From an uncultured virus (IMG/VR IMGVR_UViG_3300020183_000017) (Duplodnaviria; Heunggongvirae; Uroviricota; Caudoviricetes): DNA of 61,300 nucleotides. Location: the IMG/VR virus record IMGVR_UViG_3300020183_000017; one strand, given 5' to 3'. The position numbers were made by a program, and so were the translations under genes. This document shows, one piece after another, positions 57,140-61,300 of the stretch. The notes below the pieces were generated by a model that made no database searches, was not told where the DNA came from, and worked only from the letters and a program-made list of their open reading frames with translations. How positions within the stretch are numbered: position 1 is the stretch's first letter; every line of letters begins with the position of its first letter.

Positions 57140-59161
57140 ATGATGAAAAAGTTTAAACAGTTAATGGAGGGATTGCCTCCGAAGAAAATCGTGTTCGCCT
57201 TTGGTCGCTTTCAGCCACCAACGATAGGTCACGAGCTTCTTGTAAAAACAGTCAAAAAGATCGCTGAGGCTACAGCCGATCACGTCATTTACGCTTCCAG
57301 AACTCAGGACGCTAAGAAGAATCCCCTAGCAGTAGAGAGAAAAGTATACTACCTGAAGCGTATGTTTCCAGGTATGAATTTCGCTGCAGCTAACGATGAG
57401 CAAAGAACTTTCATGGAAGTTGCTGCTGCTCTAAACAAAAAGTATAAGCATATTGTTATGGTCGCAGGAAGCGATCGCATAGCAGATTATAAAAGAATAC
57501 TGAACAATTACAATGGTAAAGACTTTAACTTTGAATCGATTGAAGTAGTTTCCGCTGGTGAACGAGATCCAGATGCTGATAATGCATCAGGAATGTCTGG
57601 AACTAAGATGAGAGAAGCTGCTAAGAAGGGCGACTTTAAACTATTCAAAACAGGTTTACCGCATACAATTACTGATTTAGATGCTCGTCGTTTAATGAAC
57701 GAACTGAGAAAAGCGTCAGGTCTTCAACCAGTTAAAGAATCTTTGAATATTGTTGTTGATGAACTAAGAGAAAAGTATTTTAGAGGAGAGATCTTTAATG
57801 TAGGTGATACCGTTACATGTAATGAAGAATTTTTATCTATTGTAAAACGTGGATCTAACCATCTTCTAGTGAAAGCTGAAGATGGTTCATTACATTCTAA
57901 GTGGATCCATGAAGTTCAAGTTGCTGAGGATTTCCAAATTAGAGGGGACGATATGCAAGACGAATATGATTTCTCTAAAGGCACTAGAGGTGCAGTTCTA
58001 AAAGAAAAAGAAGAAGGTCATCCACTAACAAGCAAAACTCTTAAGCCAAACGACAAGATTAAAGTTGCCAGAGTTATCGCATCGATGCTGGGTGTTGAGA
58101 ACCCAGAGTCAATGTCAAATCCTGATCAATTAGTCAATACTGCTTTAAGAAAATTGAAGAGCAAAGCACTTAATCCAGAATCAGTTAACATAGTAAAAAG
58201 AATGCTAGAATTAGCTAATGAGGTTGGTATTAATTATGATGAAAAACTTTTACAGTCTAAACTAAAAGAAGAAGACGAAATGCAGAGCATTTTAAAATTC
58301 AGAGAATTTCATAAGAAAGATCATCTAAGAAAGATGAAGCGCAACTATCAACTTGGCGAAGAAAATTTAGATGAAGTTGGTAATACTGCTAAAGGTCAAA
58401 AGATGTTGGCTAAAGTTCAGAAACGTGCTACAGATAGATTAATTAAAGCAGACGATAAAAATAGATTAGAGCCAGATGTCTCAAAGAGAGATCTACAGAC
58501 AGTAAGAAAGAATGCTGCTACTGCTCAACGTGCTTATGACAGATTAAAAGAAGAAGATGAGTTAGATGTGCCAGTTTTAGAGAATGAAGAAACATGGGCG
58601 CAAAGAGTTATTGATGAGGAAGACGTTAATAACAACGCATTACCTTTACATGCTGATGCTCAATTTCCAGAAGACGAAGAAGACTTCGAAGAAATTTCTG
58701 ATGAGGAAATTGATGCTATGGTAAATAGCATGACTGACGAAGACATTATGGAGCATGGCTATGACGATAATGAACTCGCAGTTATCGATGATGATACTGG
58801 CGAGGAAGTAGAACTAGATGATGACCCAGTAAAAGAAGCAGCGCTGATGGAAGTTCTATCTCGTTTAGAAAGAATTAAAGCAAGAGCAAGATTTAGAAGA
58901 ACAGAAGCGAAACGTGAGCGTCGCCTTTCAATTGCTTTGAAGAAAACTTCTAATACTCAAACGATTAATCGCAGAGCAAGAAGAATGGCAATCAAAGCAT
59001 TGAAACAAAGATTTGCTAGAAAACCCGTAAGTAAACTTTCAGTCGCTGAAAAAGAAAGATTAGAGCAAAGAATTCAAAGAATGAAGCCAGTTTTAAATAG
59101 AATTGCTATGCGTATGGCTCCTCGTGTTCGTAGGCTAGAAAGAGATAGGATTAGAAAATGA
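57140..59161 (+). CDS. HIGH-family cytidylyltransferase-like protein with a long charged C-terminal extension
   Basis: 'FAFGRFQPPTIGH', 'MVAGSDR', 'SAGERDPDA', 'MSGTKMR'. Confidence 0.85.
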   Translation: MMKKFKQLMEGLPPKKIVFAFGRFQPPTIGHELLVKTVKKIAEATADHVIYASRTQDAKKNPLAVERKVYYLKRMFPGMNFAAANDEQRTFMEVAAALNKKYKHIVMVAGSDRIADYKRILNNYNGKDFNFESIEVVSAGERDPDADNASGMSGTKMREAAKKGDFKLFKTGLPHTITDLDARRLMNELRKASGLQPVKESLNIVVDELREKYFRGEIFNVGDTVTCNEEFLSIVKRGSNHLLVKAEDGSLHSKWIHEVQVAEDFQIRGDDMQDEYDFSKGTRGAVLKEKEEGHPLTSKTLKPNDKIKVARVIASMLGVENPESMSNPDQLVNTALRKLKSKALNPESVNIVKRMLELANEVGINYDEKLLQSKLKEEDEMQSILKFREFHKKDHLRKMKRNYQLGEENLDEVGNTAKGQKMLAKVQKRATDRLIKADDKNRLEPDVSKRDLQTVRKNAATAQRAYDRLKEEDELDVPVLENEETWAQRVIDEEDVNNNALPLHADAQFPEDEEDFEEISDEEIDAMVNSMTDEDIMEHGYDDNELAVIDDDTGEEVELDDDPVKEAALMEVLSRLERIKARARFRRTEAKRERRLSIALKKTSNTQTINRRARRMAIKALKQRFARKPVSKLSVAEKERLEQRIQRMKPVLNRIAMRMAPRVRRLERDRIRK

Positions 59162-60012
59162 TTTCATTTAAAGAGTATCAAGAAATAGATGAAGCAGCAG
59201 ATGCTGGACTTGCTGCCAAAGCAGAGAAGTCTGGAATCTCCATTGGAACATTGCGTAAAGTTTATCGTCGTGGTGTAGCAGCATGGAACTCAGGACATCG
59301 TCCAGGAACAACTCCACAACAGTGGGGTATGGCTCGTGTAAATTCTTATATCACAAAAGGTAAGGGAACATACCACGGAGCGGATAAAGATCTTCGTGAA
59401 GAAGAAATTCTTGAGGGAGACACAAGCGATCTACCAAGAGTTAAGAAAGACAAAGAGTCTGGTCTTCCGAAAAAATATGTAGCAGGATTATCAGCAGCAA
59501 CAGCAAAAGCAAGAGCAGCACACTGGAAAGAAAAAGATAAATTAAGCGACAGCGACCCAAGAGCATATGAACCTGCTCCTGGTGATGCAACTGCGAAAAC
59601 GAAAGAGTCAAAGCATACAAAAAAATATCGTGCAATGTTTGGCGAAGATATAGATGAGGAAATTTACGAAGCATGTTGGCAAGGTTACAAACAAATTGGT
59701 CTTAAGAAGAAAGGCGACAGAATGGTGCCCAACTGCGTAAAAGAAGATGAAGACTTGGAAGAAGCAACATACAAAGGAAAAACAGTTCCACTGAACAAAC
59801 CAATGGCTGGTGATGTTAAGAAGTCAAAAGTATATGTTGATCCAGATGGAGATGGTAAAGCGCAGAAAGTAAACTTTGGTGATAAAAACCTTTCTATTAA
59901 AAAACACATACCTGGACGTAAAAAGAACTATTGCGCACGTTCTGCTGGACAGGGTAATACAACTGATAAGACCAGCGCAAATTATTGGTCTCGTAGAGCT
60001 TGGGACTGCTAA
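59158..60012 (+). CDS. Modular basic hypothetical protein (probable internal head protein)
   Basis: Basic modules ('LRKVYRRGVAAW.SGHRPG..PQQWGMARVNS', 'ACWQGYKQIG...VPNCV', 'VNFGD...ANYWS') separated by acidic IDE/LRE/LEE linkers. Confidence 0.7.
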   Translation: MISFKEYQEIDEAADAGLAAKAEKSGISIGTLRKVYRRGVAAWNSGHRPGTTPQQWGMARVNSYITKGKGTYHGADKDLREEEILEGDTSDLPRVKKDKESGLPKKYVAGLSAATAKARAAHWKEKDKLSDSDPRAYEPAPGDATAKTKESKHTKKYRAMFGEDIDEEIYEACWQGYKQIGLKKKGDRMVPNCVKEDEDLEEATYKGKTVPLNKPMAGDVKKSKVYVDPDGDGKAQKVNFGDKNLSIKKHIPGRKKNYCARSAGQGNTTDKTSANYWSRRAWDC

Positions 60013-60014
60013 TT

Positions 60015-60461
60015 ATGGATGAATTATTAATGGCATTAAGAATAGCACTAGCGAACAATTTCGTTATGTATTTTAAAGCGCACTCATATCATTGGAATGT
60101 GGAAAGCGATAGGTTCGCTATGCTCCATAATTTTTTTGGTAATATCTATGAAGATGTGTATGCTTCGATAGACGAGTATGCAGAAAGATTAAGAATTTTA
60201 GGAGTGTACGCCCCAATCAGTCTTATGGAATTATACAACTATAAGATGATTGATGAAGATTCAGTTAAACCAGCTAGTTGTGCTGAAATGATCTCTAACC
60301 TAGTAGACGCTAATGAAAAAGTAATAGATAGTCTAAATAAGTTATTCGAGATTGCAACAGCTCAGAAAGAGCAAGGAATTGCTGACTATGTTGCAGGCAG
60401 AATAGATATTCATAAGAAACATGGTTGGATGTTAAGATCACATATTAAAGGAGTAGAATAA
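60015..60461 (+). CDS. dps: Dps/ferritin-like DNA-protection protein
   Basis: 'YFKAHSYHWNVES..F..LH.FF..IYE', 'DEYAERLRILG', 'HKKHGWMLRS'. Confidence 0.92.
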   Translation: MDELLMALRIALANNFVMYFKAHSYHWNVESDRFAMLHNFFGNIYEDVYASIDEYAERLRILGVYAPISLMELYNYKMIDEDSVKPASCAEMISNLVDANEKVIDSLNKLFEIATAQKEQGIADYVAGRIDIHKKHGWMLRSHIKGVE

Positions 60462-61300
60462 TGTTATCCTTTTCGGAAATGCTTAAAGGTAAGCAACATA
60501 AACTTGATAAGAACAAGAATGGTAAGTTAGATAAGCATGACTTTAAACTGCTTCGCAAAGAAGATCTAGGCATGAAGGAGGATGTTAAAGAAGCTGAAGA
60601 ACTAGATGAGCGTAACCAAGAAAATGCAACTAAGCGTAAGATGATGGATGCTTCTCGTGGCTCGAGGTACAAGTTAAATAACCCAGTACCAGATGCCTCA
60701 CCAGAACACAAAACTGCACAAGCGCATAACAAAGCAATTGGTCGTGCTCTTCGTAAAGAAGAATCAGAAGAAATTGCTGAAGAACAGATTGATGAACTGA
60801 GTCATGGAACTCTGCGTAGTTATGTAGATAAAGCAAAGGCTGAAAATCTTCCTGGGAAAGGTGGTAATAGAGGTGTTGCTCTGTTGACTCCTGGTACTAG
60901 AGATAAAGGTGTACATAAAGCAGTTGACAAAATGAAAAAGATGAAAGCAAACGAAGAAGTTGAAGAAATTGATGAAAAGATAAATGTTGCTACAACTAAG
61001 ATGGGAGATGTTATTAAAGATTTTCAAAAGTCTGATGCTCCCCAGTTTGCAGGCAAGAGTGCCGAGAAGCGTCGTCAAATGGCAATCGCAGCAAAACTGC
61101 AAGCTGATCGTATAAAGAAAGAAGGAGTAGAGATGAAATCTTACAAACAATTTATGGAAGAACTAATTGATAAACTTCCAGGTTTAGAAGAAGCAGAACA
61201 GATTGATGAGGTTGGTAACACTTCTGCTGGTCAAGAAACATTGAAATCATATGCTGGAAAAGTAATTGATAACACAAGAACAATGCCCCAAGGTGCAAAG
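60461..61300 (+). CDS. Charged hypothetical protein, 3'-truncated (absent from the ORF track)
   Basis: Translated by hand: MLSFSEMLKGKQHKLDKNKNGKLDKHDFKLLRKE...EQIDELSHGTLRSYVDKA...EQIDEVGNTSAGQETLKSY..., open to the window end. SD AGGAG and TAATG coupling to dps. Confidence 0.75.
   Translation, partial: MLSFSEMLKGKQHKLDKNKNGKLDKHDFKLLRKEDLGMKEDVKEAEELDERNQENATKRKMMDASRGSRYKLNNPVPDASPEHKTAQAHNKAIGRALRKEESEEIAEEQIDELSHGTLRSYVDKAKAENLPGKGGNRGVALLTPGTRDKGVHKAVDKMKKMKANEEVEEIDEKINVATTKMGDVIKDFQKSDAPQFAGKSAEKRRQMAIAAKLQADRIKKEGVEMKSYKQFMEELIDKLPGLEEAEQIDEVGNTSAGQETLKSYAGKVIDNTRTMPQGAK

Noticed and set aside
189..61150. Many minus-strand and out-of-frame ORFs in the track (e.g. 189..638, 20683..21135, 34443..35120, 60764..61150)
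   Set aside because: They lie over well-supported + strand genes, lack SD sequences or motifs, and look like shadows of codon bias.
1..61300. CRISPR array, tRNA or rRNA genes, integrase or transposase, reverse transcriptase/DGR
   Set aside because: By eye there are no spaced direct repeats, cloverleafs or corresponding protein motifs, and intergenic gaps are short and explained. A tRNAscan/Infernal run would be needed to be certain.

Overview
The window is a 61.3 kb piece of an AT-rich, T4-like myovirus genome with cyanomyovirus-style gene order and no photosynthesis genes in view. A proteobacterial host is inferred, not shown. All credible genes lie on the + strand. The order is: tail-fibre/adhesin genes including a 3109-aa repeat protein; the virion module (gp13-14-15-17-18-19-20-67-21-22-23-3, with no gp16 in its usual slot); uvsY/uvsW/gp55/gp47/gp46; a VWA + MoxR/CobS-like pair; accessory genes; and the replication module (gp45/44/62/regA/hsp20/exonuclease/gp43/uvsX/gp41). 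The most interesting part (47.8-53.5 kb) is a predicted post-replicative DNA base-hypermodification cluster: TET/JBP dioxygenase, class-II glutamine amidotransferase, amidoligase, GNAT acetyltransferase, amino-acid:DNA transferase (aGPT-Pplase2-like) and P-loop kinase. Three of these enzymes end in the same LExF(F/L) tail as the DNA polymerase, which suggests tethering to the gp45 sliding clamp. Other notable items are: a 17-codon ORF with two beta-clamp-type motifs between gp47 and gp46; enzymes with T4 capsid-targeting-like N-termini (55-61 kb); a pseudoknot plus ROSE-like leader before the hsp20 operon; an antisense promoter facing uvsW; and a family of TTGCCT-N17-TATAAT promoters. All family calls come from motif recognition by eye; no database searches were run.
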